From the NCBI GenBank assembly GCA_023421675.1, contig JAEZTC010000011.1, positions 31,526 through 63,525 on the forward strand: a stretch of DNA of 32,000 bases, in the 5' to 3' direction. A program made the position numbers and the translations under genes. Source of the DNA: Bacillota bacterium. GTDB lineage: Bacteria > Bacillota > Clostridia > Acetivibrionales > JANLFN01. This document shows positions 1 through 9,109 of the stretch, in pieces (the first letter of the stretch is position 1; every line of letters starts with the position of its first letter). The notes beneath the pieces were generated by a model, which saw only the letters and a program-made list of their open reading frames with translations, did no database searches and was not told the DNA's origin.

Positions 1-1
1 G

Positions 2-265
2 TCTGAAACAAGTCCAACGGATATAAGAAAAAAACTTCTTGAGCTTCAGAATGAGCTTCTTAAAGGTGTAATAGAAAAAGGTGAACAGCCACCTCAGAAT
101 TCTGAAAACAAACAAGCAGTTAAAGAACCCATTGCCAATAGCCCACGCACTAAGGAAGTTCATCCTATAGATGAAAATGGTTTGGCAGCCATTCTAAAAG
201 AAATGTATAAAAACCAGGTAAAAATAATCACATTATTACAGGAAATAAATAACAAAATGAAATGA
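2..265 (+). CDS. 3' end of an unidentified gene (last 87 codons; 5' end lies outside the window)
   Basis: Frame 2 is open from the window edge to TGA at 263-265 (SETSPTDIRKKLLELQNELLKG...LLQEINNKMK*) and is followed by a strong hairpin. It is absent from the ORF track because no start codon lies in the window. No family recognised. Confidence 0.45.
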   Translation, partial: SETSPTDIRKKLLELQNELLKGVIEKGEQPPQNSENKQAVKEPIANSPRTKEVHPIDENGLAAILKEMYKNQVKIITLLQEINNKMK

Positions 266-275
266 CATGAAAAAA

Positions 276-307
276 AGAAGTGTAGGATTTTTAAATCTTA
301 CACTTCT
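276..307. terminator. Bidirectional intrinsic terminator between convergent genes
   Basis: Arms agaagtgtaggat (276-288) and atcttacacttct (295-307) pair with one G-U. An A-run lies upstream and a T-run downstream, so a U-tract follows the hairpin on either strand. Confidence 0.7.
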
Positions 308-317
308 TTAGCTTTGA

Positions 318-1580
318 TTACTTAACACCTATGTCTTTCCGGTAATGCATATTTGTAAATGAAATTTTATCAACTGCTTTATATGCTTTTTTAATGGCTT
401 CATCAAGCGAAGGTCCTGTAGCTGCTACACCCAGTACTCTTCCACCTGCTGTATAGTACATTCCATTCTCTAGTTTAGTACCTGAATGGAATACGTTAAT
501 GTCTTTTTCACTTAAGGCATTATCCAGACCGCTTATTTCATAGCCGGTCTGATACTTTTGCGGATACCCTCCTGAGGCCATTATAATACACACACCCGCA
601 TCCATCTTCCACTTAATTTCCATATCTGAAAGTTTCTCATCAATTACTGCATTGAATATTTCAATTATATCCGAGTCAAGTCTTGGAAGTACCGCCTGTG
701 TTTCTGGGTCTCCAAACCTTGCATTATATTCAAGTACCTTGGGACCATCCTTTGTAAGCATAAGCCCAAAATACAAAACACCTTTGAAGGTTCTTCCCTC
801 TTTTTTCATTGCATCAACAGTAGTCCTATATACATTTTTCATACAGTAATCGGCTATTTCATCGGTGTATAGTTTACTTGGGGAAAACGCACCCATTCCG
901 CCCGTATTTAAGCCTTTGTCAAAATCAAGCGCTCTTTTGTGATCCTGGGCACTGACCATGGGTACTACAGTTGTGCCATCAGTAAAAGCCAGAACAGAGA
1001 CTTCAGGCCCTGTTATGAATTCTTCTATAACTACTTTATTACCGGCAGCACCGAAAACCTTATCTTCCATTATACTGTTTACAGCATCCCTTGCCTCTTC
1101 AAAATCCACAGCAATAATAACTCCTTTTCCTAGGGCCAAGCCATCTGCTTTGACAACCACCGGGAATTTATTCTGTGTTTTTATATATTCCACAGCCTTA
1201 TTGCTATCATCAAAGACTTCATATGCAGCTGTTGGGATATTGTATTTCTTCATTAAATCCTTTGAAAAAACTTTGCTAGCTTCAATTATCGCAGCATTTT
1301 TTCTAGGTCCAAAGGCTCTTATTCCCTTCTCCTCCATTGCATCAACCATGCCTGCCGCAAGCGGATCATCAGGTGCTACAACAACAAGGTCAATTGCCTT
1401 TTCTATTGCAAAGGAAACCATCTTTTCAATTTCCATTGCCTTAATGGGTACACATTCAGCTAATTGAGCTATTCCACCGTTTCCAGGTGCACAATATATT
1501 TTCTCGGCTAATGGGCTTTGAGCGATTTTCCATACTAAAGCATGCTCACGTCCACCGCTTCCAACTACAAGAATCTTCAT
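318..1580 (-). CDS. purD: Phosphoribosylamine--glycine ligase (GAR synthetase)
   Basis: 420 aa. N-terminus MKILVVGSGGREHAL and the ATP-grasp body are typical of PurD. SD taggagg lies upstream of the ATG. Confidence 0.95.
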   Translation of the reverse strand: MKILVVGSGGREHALVWKIAQSPLAEKIYCAPGNGGIAQLAECVPIKAMEIEKMVSFAIEKAIDLVVVAPDDPLAAGMVDAMEEKGIRAFGPRKNAAIIEASKVFSKDLMKKYNIPTAAYEVFDDSNKAVEYIKTQNKFPVVVKADGLALGKGVIIAVDFEEARDAVNSIMEDKVFGAAGNKVVIEEFITGPEVSVLAFTDGTTVVPMVSAQDHKRALDFDKGLNTGGMGAFSPSKLYTDEIADYCMKNVYRTTVDAMKKEGRTFKGVLYFGLMLTKDGPKVLEYNARFGDPETQAVLPRLDSDIIEIFNAVIDEKLSDMEIKWKMDAGVCIIMASGGYPQKYQTGYEISGLDNALSEKDINVFHSGTKLENGMYYTAGGRVLGVAATGPSLDEAIKKAYKAVDKISFTNMHYRKDIGVK

Positions 1581-1659
1581 AAAATATACCTCCTAAATTG
1601 TTACCTCTAACTAAAGCTAAGAAATTAAGATATGTAACCACATTGTCAACGTAATATAA

Positions 1660-1693
1660 CTAAAACAAGGTTGAAGTTTAACCTCCAACCTTG
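1660..1693 (-). terminator. Terminator-like hairpin between purH and purD
   Basis: Minus strand reads CAAGGTTG-gaggttaaactt-CAACCTTG, followed by TTTTAG. A TTGACA hexamer (1649-1644) lies just downstream. Confidence 0.4.
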
Positions 1694-1708
1694 AGTAAGC
1701 TTCATTAA

Positions 1709-3253
1709 TTAGTGTTTGAAGTGTCTCATACCTGTAGCAACCATTGCAATACCATACTTGTTGCAGGTATCGATTGATAACTGATCTCTTATTGATCCAC
1801 CAGGTTGTATTATGGCGCTTATACCTGCCTGCGCTGCAGCTTCAACACTGTCTGGGAATGGGAAGTACGCATCAGATGCAAGTACTCCGCCCTGTGCTCT
1901 TTCCTTTGCATATTCAAGTGCAATTTTAGTGGATGTTACTCTGTTTGTCTGTCCAGGACCAACTCCGATTGTGCGCTTATCCTTTACAACTACTATAGCA
2001 TTAGATTTGGTATGCTTTACTACCTTCATTGCAAATATAAGGTCCTCAAGCTGCTGGTCGGAAGGTTTTTTGTCAGTCATAACTTTGATTTCTTCTCTAT
2101 TTACTACTTCACTATTTATATTCTGAACCAGGAGTCCGCCTGCAACCTTCTTCATGTCATATGTATCAGAAGGAAGCTTTTCGGCTACTGTTTCAAGCTG
2201 CAAAAGCCTCATGTTCTTTTTTGTTTCAAGTATTTCGAAAGCTTCTTTGCTAAAGGAAGGAGCAATAATTATTTCAAGGAATGTCTTAATCATTTCCTCT
2301 GCAGTCTTAGCATCTATTTCTCTGTTTGCTGCTACAATTCCGCCATATATTGAAACAGGGTCAGATTCATAAGCATTGATGTAAGCATCATAGATGTTTT
2401 GTGCACTGGCTACACCACAAGGATTTGCATGTTTTACAGCTACAACTGTAGGTTCATCAAATTCCTTTAAAAGTTCGATAGCACCATTTGCATCGTTTAT
2501 GTTGTTATATGAAAGTTCCTTACCATGAAGCTGTTTTGCCGAAGTAAGGCATCCTGCATTCTTTCCGACTTCCTTATAAAATACCGCCTTCTGATGCGGA
2601 TTTTCTCCGTACCTCATGTCCTGAACCTTTTCAAATGTCAGAGTTAAGGTTTCGGGGAATGATTCATCACCAAGCTGTTTTCTAAGATATGACGCTATGA
2701 GCGTATCATAATGGGAAGTATGTTCAAAAACCTTGTAGGCCAGTCTGAATTTTGTTTTAACTGAAACATCTCCTGTGGATTTCACTTCGTCGAGTACTGT
2801 TGAATAATCTGCCGGATCAACAATAACAGCCACATCCTGGTAATTCTTGGCTGCAGCACGGAGCATTGTAGGTCCGCCTATATCTATGTTTTCTATTGCT
2901 TCAGCAAGAGTTACGTCATCCTTTAGAACTGTTTTTTTGAAAGGATAAAGATTGATAACAACCATATCTATCGGGTCTATCCCCAGTTCCTTTATCTGCT
3001 TCATATGATCGGGATTACTCCTTATTGCAAGAAGTCCTCCATGTACTTTAGGATGTAAAGTTTTTACCCTTCCATCAAGACATTCCGGAAATCCAGTAAT
3101 ATCTGAAACATTGATAACATTAATGCCTGCATCTGCAAGTGCCTTAGCTGTTCCACCTGTTGAAAGTATTTCTGCCCCCTGCTTTACTAACTCGTTCGCA
3201 AGCTCAATAACGCCCGTTTTATCGGACACACTTATAAGAACACGTTTAATCAT
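1709..3253 (-). CDS. purH: Bifunctional AICAR formyltransferase / IMP cyclohydrolase
   Basis: 514 aa. MGS-like N-terminal domain ([11 protein letters not shown]...GGTAKAL) plus an AICARFT domain. SD aaggagg present. Confidence 0.95.
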   Translation of the reverse strand: MIKRVLISVSDKTGVIELANELVKQGAEILSTGGTAKALADAGINVINVSDITGFPECLDGRVKTLHPKVHGGLLAIRSNPDHMKQIKELGIDPIDMVVINLYPFKKTVLKDDVTLAEAIENIDIGGPTMLRAAAKNYQDVAVIVDPADYSTVLDEVKSTGDVSVKTKFRLAYKVFEHTSHYDTLIASYLRKQLGDESFPETLTLTFEKVQDMRYGENPHQKAVFYKEVGKNAGCLTSAKQLHGKELSYNNINDANGAIELLKEFDEPTVVAVKHANPCGVASAQNIYDAYINAYESDPVSIYGGIVAANREIDAKTAEEMIKTFLEIIIAPSFSKEAFEILETKKNMRLLQLETVAEKLPSDTYDMKKVAGGLLVQNINSEVVNREEIKVMTDKKPSDQQLEDLIFAMKVVKHTKSNAIVVVKDKRTIGVGPGQTNRVTSTKIALEYAKERAQGGVLASDAYFPFPDSVEAAAQAGISAIIQPGGSIRDQLSIDTCNKYGIAMVATGMRHFKH

Positions 3254-3314
3254 AACTCCTCCTTACCCGGGTTACCTAACTAAGGAACCCCATTAATATA
3301 TTTAAAATAAAATC

Positions 3315-3950
3315 CTAAGCTTTGTTATTAAGTATTATAACCTTACGGCCTTCCAGCTTGAGTCTGCCTTCCGAATAAAGCTTTATTGCTTCAGGCAGTA
3401 TTTCCCATTCTGCTTCTTCCATAACCCTTTTCTGCAGTGTTTCAGGTGTATCATCAGGCTTTACATAAACAGCCTTTTGAAGAATAATTGGACCTGAATC
3501 ATACTCAAGTTCCACAAAATGTACTGTGGCACCTGTTACCTTAACTCCGTATTCCAGAGCCTTTTGATGAGGTATTATCCCATAAAAGCCTTTACCGCAG
3601 AACGAAGGTATAAGTGACGGGTGTATATTTATAATTCTATGTTTATATTCGCTGTTGAAGTGTTCGCCGGCCATAGATAAAAAGCCTGCCATAACTATCA
3701 AATCAGTATTATATTTTTTGAAATGCTCAACCAGGGCTTTGTCATACTCGTCAATACCAGCGTAATTCTTTCTGGGAATTGCAGCTGAAGGAATATCATG
3801 CTTCGCAGCACGTTCAAGAGCATAGACACCTGTTCTACTTGAAACAACAGTTACTATACGGCAATTATTCAAATACCCACTCTCTATCTTATCTATAATT
3901 GCCTGAAGATTTGTTCCGCCCCCTGATACAAGAACTCCTATATTTAACAT
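3315..3950 (-). CDS. purN: Phosphoribosylglycinamide formyltransferase
   Basis: 211 aa. Motifs [15 protein letters not shown] and NIHPSLIP. Overlaps the purM stop by 7 nt. Confidence 0.93.
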   Translation of the reverse strand: MLNIGVLVSGGGTNLQAIIDKIESGYLNNCRIVTVVSSRTGVYALERAAKHDIPSAAIPRKNYAGIDEYDKALVEHFKKYNTDLIVMAGFLSMAGEHFNSEYKHRIINIHPSLIPSFCGKGFYGIIPHQKALEYGVKVTGATVHFVELEYDSGPIILQKAVYVKPDDTPETLQKRVMEEAEWEILPEAIKLYSEGRLKLEGRKVIILNNKA

Positions 3951-4966
3951 ATGTCTACTCCGGCCTCTCCTTTAACAACTTCGCCAATCAAATATGCCTG
4001 CTCAGATTGTTTGTTCAAATAGCCGAGAACTTCAGATGCTTGTTCGCTGTTAACAGCAAGAACCATACCGATACCCATATTAAAAGTGTTGTAAATATCT
4101 CTTTCTCCCATGTTTCCAAGCTTCTGGAGCAATGTAAAAATAGGAAGCACCGGCCATGTACCTTTATTTATTTTAACGCGTAAACCTTCTGGAATCATTC
4201 GTGGAATATTCTCAATGAAACCTCCGCCAGTTATGTTGGAGATACCTTTAATTTCATATTTGGAAACTAAATCGAGAATTGTTTTAACATATAGCTGAGT
4301 TGGCCTTAAAAGAGTTTCGCCCAGCTTTTCTCCAAGGCTTTCTATATATTCATCAAGTTTCTCTTTTGTTGGGCTGAGCAGCTTTCTGACAAGAGAATAT
4401 CCATTGCTGTGAAGGCCTGAAGAAGCAAGACCTATAAGTTTATTGCCCTCAATTATGCTTTTTCCGTTGATTATTTTTTCCTTATCAACAATTCCTACTG
4501 CAAAACCTGCCATATCATATTCATCTTCAGGATAAAAGCCTGGCATTTCGGCAGTTTCTCCACCAATTAAGGAGCAGCCTGATTGAACGCAGCCATCTGA
4601 AACTCCCTTAACAATGCTTGCAATCTTTTCAGGCTTGTTTTTTCCTGTTGCAATATAATCAAGGAAGAAAAGAGGTTCTGCACCGCTGCATACAATATCA
4701 TTTACACACATTGCAACACAATCTATCCCTACTGTATCGTGCCTATCCATCAAAAAAGCAATTTTGAGCTTTGTTCCTACTCCATCTGTTCCCGATACTA
4801 AAACCGGATCTTTATATTTATCCTTGTTTAATGAAAACAAGCCACCAAAACCGCCTATATCCGTTAAAACCTCCGGTCTGAAAGTCTTTGTAACATGCTT
4901 TCTCATGAGTTTAACAGACTCATAACCAGCTTCAACATCAACACCGGAATCCTTATATGTTGTCAT
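3944..4966 (-). CDS. purM: Phosphoribosylformylglycinamidine cyclo-ligase (AIR synthetase)
   Basis: Motifs [11 protein letters not shown] and GTDGVGTKL. The ORF-track start at 4981 is a TTG inside the SD (ttGGAGGtaaaaggtATG), so I place the start at ATG 4966. Confidence 0.93.
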   Translation of the reverse strand: MTTYKDSGVDVEAGYESVKLMRKHVTKTFRPEVLTDIGGFGGLFSLNKDKYKDPVLVSGTDGVGTKLKIAFLMDRHDTVGIDCVAMCVNDIVCSGAEPLFFLDYIATGKNKPEKIASIVKGVSDGCVQSGCSLIGGETAEMPGFYPEDEYDMAGFAVGIVDKEKIINGKSIIEGNKLIGLASSGLHSNGYSLVRKLLSPTKEKLDEYIESLGEKLGETLLRPTQLYVKTILDLVSKYEIKGISNITGGGFIENIPRMIPEGLRVKINKGTWPVLPIFTLLQKLGNMGERDIYNTFNMGIGMVLAVNSEQASEVLGYLNKQSEQAYLIGEVVKGEAGVDIC

Positions 4967-4996
4967 ACCTTTTACCTCCAATAAATAAATTTAAAG

Positions 4997-6418
4997 TTAT
5001 CTTATCCCACAGGAGAATTTATCGCCTTCGCCCGGAACTTCCATAGGATAATCCCCGTTAAAACATGCAGTACAGAATGAACATTTTGCATTAACAGGTG
5101 TTTTTAAAAGTCCTTCCAAGCTTATATAACCAAGACTGTCCGCACCAATCAATTCTCTGATCTCATCAATTGAATGGTTGCATGCCACCAGTTCCTTTGT
5201 GGAGGGAGTATCTATACCAAAATAGCACGGATGCATGTATGGCGGTGAGGTGATCCTCATATGAACCTCTTTAGCCCCTGCATTTTTGAGCATCTGAACT
5301 ATTCTTTTTGTTGTTGTTCCTCTTACAATGGAATCATCAATAAGCACTATACGCTTACCTTCTATTGTTTCCTTGATAGCATTGAATTTTATTCTTACGC
5401 CCAGTTCTCTCTGACTCTGCTGCGGCTGTATAAAAGTTCTGCCTATATATCTGTTCTTTAAAAGTCCCTGTCCGTAAGGTATACCTGATTCAATTGAGTA
5501 TCCGAGGGCAGCATTTACTCCACCGTCAGGAACTCCTACAACTACATCAGCCTCAACAGGATGTTCCTGTGCAAGTATTTTACCTGCTTCCATTCTTGCA
5601 GTATGAACACTCACACCATCAATATAGCTGTCAGGTCTTGCGATATAAACGAATTCAAATATGCAAAGCCTAGATTTTGCAGGTACCGGAGTCTGTATTG
5701 ATTCAATTCCGTCTTCACCGATTAAAATTATCTCTCCAGGATTTACATCTCTGATAAATTCTGCTCCAACTGCGTCAAGAGCACAAGTTTCTGAAGCAAG
5801 TATATAAGAATTATCAAGCTTGCCTAAACAAAGAGGTCTTATACCCAAAGGATCCCTAATACCTATGAGCCTTTTGGGGGTAAGTATGGCTAACGCATAG
5901 GAACCTCTTACTTCTTCCATCATTCTCTTAATTGTTTCTTCTATATTTAAGCTTTGTATTCTATGTCTGGATAGTATATTAAGAATAACTTCTGAATCGT
6001 TTGTTGTTTGGAAAATTGCCCCGTCTTCCTCAAGCTTCTGCCTGATATCAGCGGCATTCACCAGATTTCCGTTATGCGCCAGGGCCATTTGTCCATTTCT
6101 GTACTTGATTACCATTGGCTGGGCATTTTCCCTAAGGCTTGCACCAGTGGTAGAATACCTTACATGACCGATAGCGGATTTACCTTTAAGGTGATTCATA
6201 ATTACATCGTTAAAAACATCTGAAACAAGTCCCATATCTTTATGATGAAATATGGTACCATTATCATTTACAGCAATTCCGGCACTTTCCTGTCCTCTGT
6301 GCTGCAGAGCATACAGGGCGTAATAAGTAAGCCGTGCTACATCATGATTATCATTATCATATATTCCAAAAACTCCACACTCATCATGAAGTTCGTCTGA
6401 AATCATAAAATTATTCAT
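4997..6418 (-). CDS. purF: Amidophosphoribosyltransferase (glutamine PRPP amidotransferase)
   Basis: 473 aa. Propeptide followed by CGVFGI (Ntn catalytic Cys), a PRTase motif (VLIDDSIVRGTT), and C-terminal Cys residues consistent with a 4Fe-4S type. Confidence 0.95.
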   Translation of the reverse strand: MNNFMISDELHDECGVFGIYDNDNHDVARLTYYALYALQHRGQESAGIAVNDNGTIFHHKDMGLVSDVFNDVIMNHLKGKSAIGHVRYSTTGASLRENAQPMVIKYRNGQMALAHNGNLVNAADIRQKLEEDGAIFQTTNDSEVILNILSRHRIQSLNIEETIKRMMEEVRGSYALAILTPKRLIGIRDPLGIRPLCLGKLDNSYILASETCALDAVGAEFIRDVNPGEIILIGEDGIESIQTPVPAKSRLCIFEFVYIARPDSYIDGVSVHTARMEAGKILAQEHPVEADVVVGVPDGGVNAALGYSIESGIPYGQGLLKNRYIGRTFIQPQQSQRELGVRIKFNAIKETIEGKRIVLIDDSIVRGTTTKRIVQMLKNAGAKEVHMRITSPPYMHPCYFGIDTPSTKELVACNHSIDEIRELIGADSLGYISLEGLLKTPVNAKCSFCTACFNGDYPMEVPGEGDKFSCGIR

Positions 6419-6471
6419 AAATGACCCTTTCTAATTACATAAAAGAAAAATATTCAATATAAATTAAAATC

Positions 6472-6975
6472 TTATAGTTCTAAAAGCTTTTCCTTTAGTG
6501 CTTTATCCTTTTCTTCAACCTTTCGTGCCAATTCTGCTTTATAATCCTTCATTTTGGATCTCAATTCAGGATATGCAGTGGAGAGAATCTGTACTGCCAG
6601 CAATGCAGCATTCTCGGAGCCATCAATTGCAACTGTTGCAACAGGTATTCCACTTGGCATCTGAACTATTGATAGCAGGGAATCCATTCCATCCATGGTT
6701 GAAGATTTTACGGGAATTCCTATAACAGGCAGAGGGGTATATGCCGCAAGTACTCCCGGAAGGTGTGCTGCTTTACCGGCAGCAGCTATGATAACCTCAA
6801 TTCCGTTCTGTTCTGCATTTTTTGCAAATTGTGAAGCCTTATCCGGTGTTCTGTGTGCTGAGCAGACCATTACTTCGGCTTCTATTCCGAATGTTTTCAG
6901 TAATTTTATACAGTTCTTCAATACGGGAAGATCAGAATCACTTCCCATAACAATTGCAACCTTTGGTGTTTTCAT
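6472..6975 (-). CDS. purE: PurE (N5-CAIR mutase / AIR carboxylase family)
   Basis: Motifs [20 protein letters not shown] and PVIGIPV. The track start at 6987 sits in the SD (atGGAGGtaaaaATG), so ATG 6975 is preferred. Confidence 0.92.
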   Translation of the reverse strand: MKTPKVAIVMGSDSDLPVLKNCIKLLKTFGIEAEVMVCSAHRTPDKASQFAKNAEQNGIEVIIAAAGKAAHLPGVLAAYTPLPVIGIPVKSSTMDGMDSLLSIVQMPSGIPVATVAIDGSENAALLAVQILSTAYPELRSKMKDYKAELARKVEEKDKALKEKLLEL

Positions 6976-7049
6976 TTTTACCTCCATTTTAACATTTATT
7001 TATTATTTTTAGACTTCAGATTGTTAAAACCTCATATTTTTGAGGGCTT

Positions 7050-7082
7050 AAAAATCTGAAGTCCGCCTTTTGGACGGACTTC
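7050..7082 (-). terminator. Intrinsic terminator after the permease gene
   Basis: Minus strand reads GAAGTCCG-tccaaaagg-CGGACTTC (7082-7058), followed by AGATTTTTAA. Confidence 0.65.
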
Positions 7083-7092
7083 GTTATATCAT

Positions 7093-8475
7093 TTAAAGTA
7101 TTTGAAGAGCATCAACAACGTACTTTAGAACAAACAATGCTGTTACTATATACATTATCGGATGAACCTCTTTTGCTTTACCCTTGAATATCTTAGCTAT
7201 TACATAGAATATGAAGCCTGCTGCAACACCGCTTGCTATGCTATATGCAAATGGCATTACAACTGCTGTGAAGAAAGCTGAAGCTGCATCCTCAAAGGTA
7301 TCCCATTTAACCTTTGCAAGGGATTCCATCATCAGGATACCAACTACAATCAGTGCTGGTGAAGTTGCTGCTGATGGTACTATTGAAACTAATGGATATA
7401 AGAACAAACATGCTATAAAGAGGACTGCAGTGGTTACTGATGTTAAGCCTGTTCTTCCGCCTGCTTCTATACCTGCTGCACTTTCTACATAGGTTGTTGT
7501 ATTACTAGTTCCGAAAACCGCACCTATTGATGTTGCAGTAGCATCAGCAAACAATGCTTTATCAAGCTTTGAGGAGAAACCCTTTCCTTTATGAAGCGCT
7601 TCTTCATCTTTTGTATCGAAGATACCAGTTTTTCTACCTGTTCCAAGGAAGGTTCCTATTGTATCAAACGTATCCGCAAGACTGAATGCAATTATAAGCA
7701 TAATAATCTTAAACAATTGTGATGGATCACTAAATAACCCGAACACATCAAAGTGTCCTAATGTTGGTGTAGGATCCGGAGGTAAAAAGTTTGTACTTGC
7801 TATATCAAGATTTGTAACTCCCATAGGAATTCCTATTATTGTAGTTGCAAGAATTCCGATAAGTATCGATCCTTTTACTTTTAATAGCATCAACACTACA
7901 ATAATAACAACACCTATTAGTGCAAGTACAGATGCTTTGTCAGTAAAATTAACCAGTGAAGGAACTACTTTTGAAAAAGCGCCAGTAGCATCAGGTTTGC
8001 TATCTGGTGTAAAATTCAACAGGTGAGAATCCATAAAGCCTATGTATGCAATAAACAGGCCGATACCACCACTTATGGCATATTGAAGTGATTCAGGAAT
8101 TGCAAGAATAATTGCCTTTCGAATTTTTGTAACAGTTATAAGGATGTTGATAATACCGCAAATGAATACTATTCCCAGTGCCTGCCACCACGGAATCTTC
8201 ATTGCAAAACATACTGTAAAGGTAAAGAAAGCATTCATTCCCATTCCAGGTGCAAGTGCATATGGAACGTTTGCTACAAGACCCATTATCAGTGTGGCTA
8301 CAACCGCAGCTACTATTGTAGCTGTCATTACAGCACCCTTGTCCATTCCTGTTTTAGAAAGAATGTCGGGGTTTACAAAAATGATGTAAGCCATAGTGAA
8401 GAATGTTGTAAGACCTGCAGCCATTTCTCTTCTTACTGTCGTACCATTTTCCTGCAGTTTGAAAAACTTGTTCAT
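7093..8475 (-). CDS. NCS2/AzgA-family purine permease (adenine/guanine/hypoxanthine type)
   Basis: 460 aa polytopic membrane protein. N-terminus FKLQENGTTVRREMAAGLTTFFTMAYIIFVNP is characteristic of PbuG/PbuO/AzgA-like permeases. It sits directly upstream of the pur genes. Confidence 0.85.
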   Translation of the reverse strand: MNKFFKLQENGTTVRREMAAGLTTFFTMAYIIFVNPDILSKTGMDKGAVMTATIVAAVVATLIMGLVANVPYALAPGMGMNAFFTFTVCFAMKIPWWQALGIVFICGIINILITVTKIRKAIILAIPESLQYAISGGIGLFIAYIGFMDSHLLNFTPDSKPDATGAFSKVVPSLVNFTDKASVLALIGVVIIVVLMLLKVKGSILIGILATTIIGIPMGVTNLDIASTNFLPPDPTPTLGHFDVFGLFSDPSQLFKIIMLIIAFSLADTFDTIGTFLGTGRKTGIFDTKDEEALHKGKGFSSKLDKALFADATATSIGAVFGTSNTTTYVESAAGIEAGGRTGLTSVTTAVLFIACLFLYPLVSIVPSAATSPALIVVGILMMESLAKVKWDTFEDAASAFFTAVVMPFAYSIASGVAAGFIFYVIAKIFKGKAKEVHPIMYIVTALFVLKYVVDALQIL

Positions 8476-8703
8476 TCGTAACTTTCCCCTTCCTTAATGT
8501 AATAAGATAATGCCTATACTTACAACAGGAATTTTAACCTGTCAAAGTCAACCTTGAACTGTACACATCAGGTAGGACATTGGATGCCTTTAATTATCTA
8601 TTTGCTAATAATCAAGTAATATGCATAACGTATTTGTCCAAAAGAATTCAGTAGTTAGTATTTGTATTATTGTAAATAAAAAACAAGCTTTTTCACATTA
8701 ATA

Positions 8704-8733
8704 ATACTATCAAAAAGCAAAATGGTTTGTCAA
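8704..8733 (-). promoter_or_regulatory. SigmaA-type promoter for the permease (and possibly the pur genes)
   Basis: Minus strand has TTGACA (8733-8728), an 18-nt spacer, then TAGTAT (8709-8704). This leaves a leader of roughly 220 nt before ATG 8475. Confidence 0.5.
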
Positions 8734-8747
8734 TAAAAAGAGCCTGA

Positions 8748-8791
8748 AAAATCGAACGTTTTTGAATATTTATTAATTAATATTCGAAAAT
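8748..8791. promoter_or_regulatory. Inverted pair of PurBox-like sites (candidate PurR operator)
   Basis: AAAATCGAACGTT (8748-8760, plus strand) and ATTTTCGAATATT (8791-8779, minus strand). Each matches the B. subtilis PurBox consensus AWWWCCGAACWWT at 11 of 13 positions by hand count. The pair is in inverted orientation with about 18 nt between boxes, just upstream of the -35. Confidence 0.5.
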
Positions 8792-9070
8792 AACTATGTT
8801 TTTTAGTAAATCTTATTAAATATTTGAATTATGTAAATATGTGGAATTGTCTATATTTTAAAAGTAAAAATGTTTATCTATAGAGGCTCAAATAATCAAA
8901 TACAGATATTATGTACTCCAATTTAATCATAAATCACGGTATAATCTATTTATATCGTAATTACGCGTACATTCTTAATATTGCTTGGTTTTTATAAAGA
9001 TATCACTATAAAAGAATAAAGCATATGATTTATAAATTATAAAAACAATATAATAAACAAATCCGAATAT

Positions 9071-9099
9071 TAAAACGCTGCACAGTTTACCTGTTTAGC
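9071..9099 (-). terminator. Weak terminator-like hairpin after the AEC transporter gene
   Basis: Minus strand reads GCTaaACAGgtaaaCTGTgcAGC, followed by GTTTTAATATT. The stem is short and interrupted. Confidence 0.3.
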
Positions 9100-9109
9100 A
9101 ATTTATAAA

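Noticed and set aside
652-2372. Plus-strand ORFs inside purD/purH (652-849, 939-1133, 958-1467, 1744-1929, 1805-2353, 1812-2126, 2154-2372)
   Set aside because: They are antisense to full-length, unmistakable enzymes. Their translations are low-complexity (Ser/Thr/Leu/Phe/Cys-rich) with no SD. These are typical shadow ORFs.
6472-6975. Assigning PurE to class I (mutase) versus class II (carboxylase) on the basis of the missing purK
   Set aside because: purK could lie elsewhere in the genome, and I cannot reliably discriminate the classes from the SAHRTP region by eye. The product is left as family-level PurE.
8476-9109. Canonical guanine/adenine riboswitch upstream of the purine permease, including the palindromes TACGCGTA and CGTAATTACG near 8957-8970
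   Set aside because: The conserved junction and loop strings of the purine riboswitch are not found on the minus strand. The palindromes lie upstream of the predicted promoter and do not form the three-way junction. I kept only a weaker 'unknown leader' finding.
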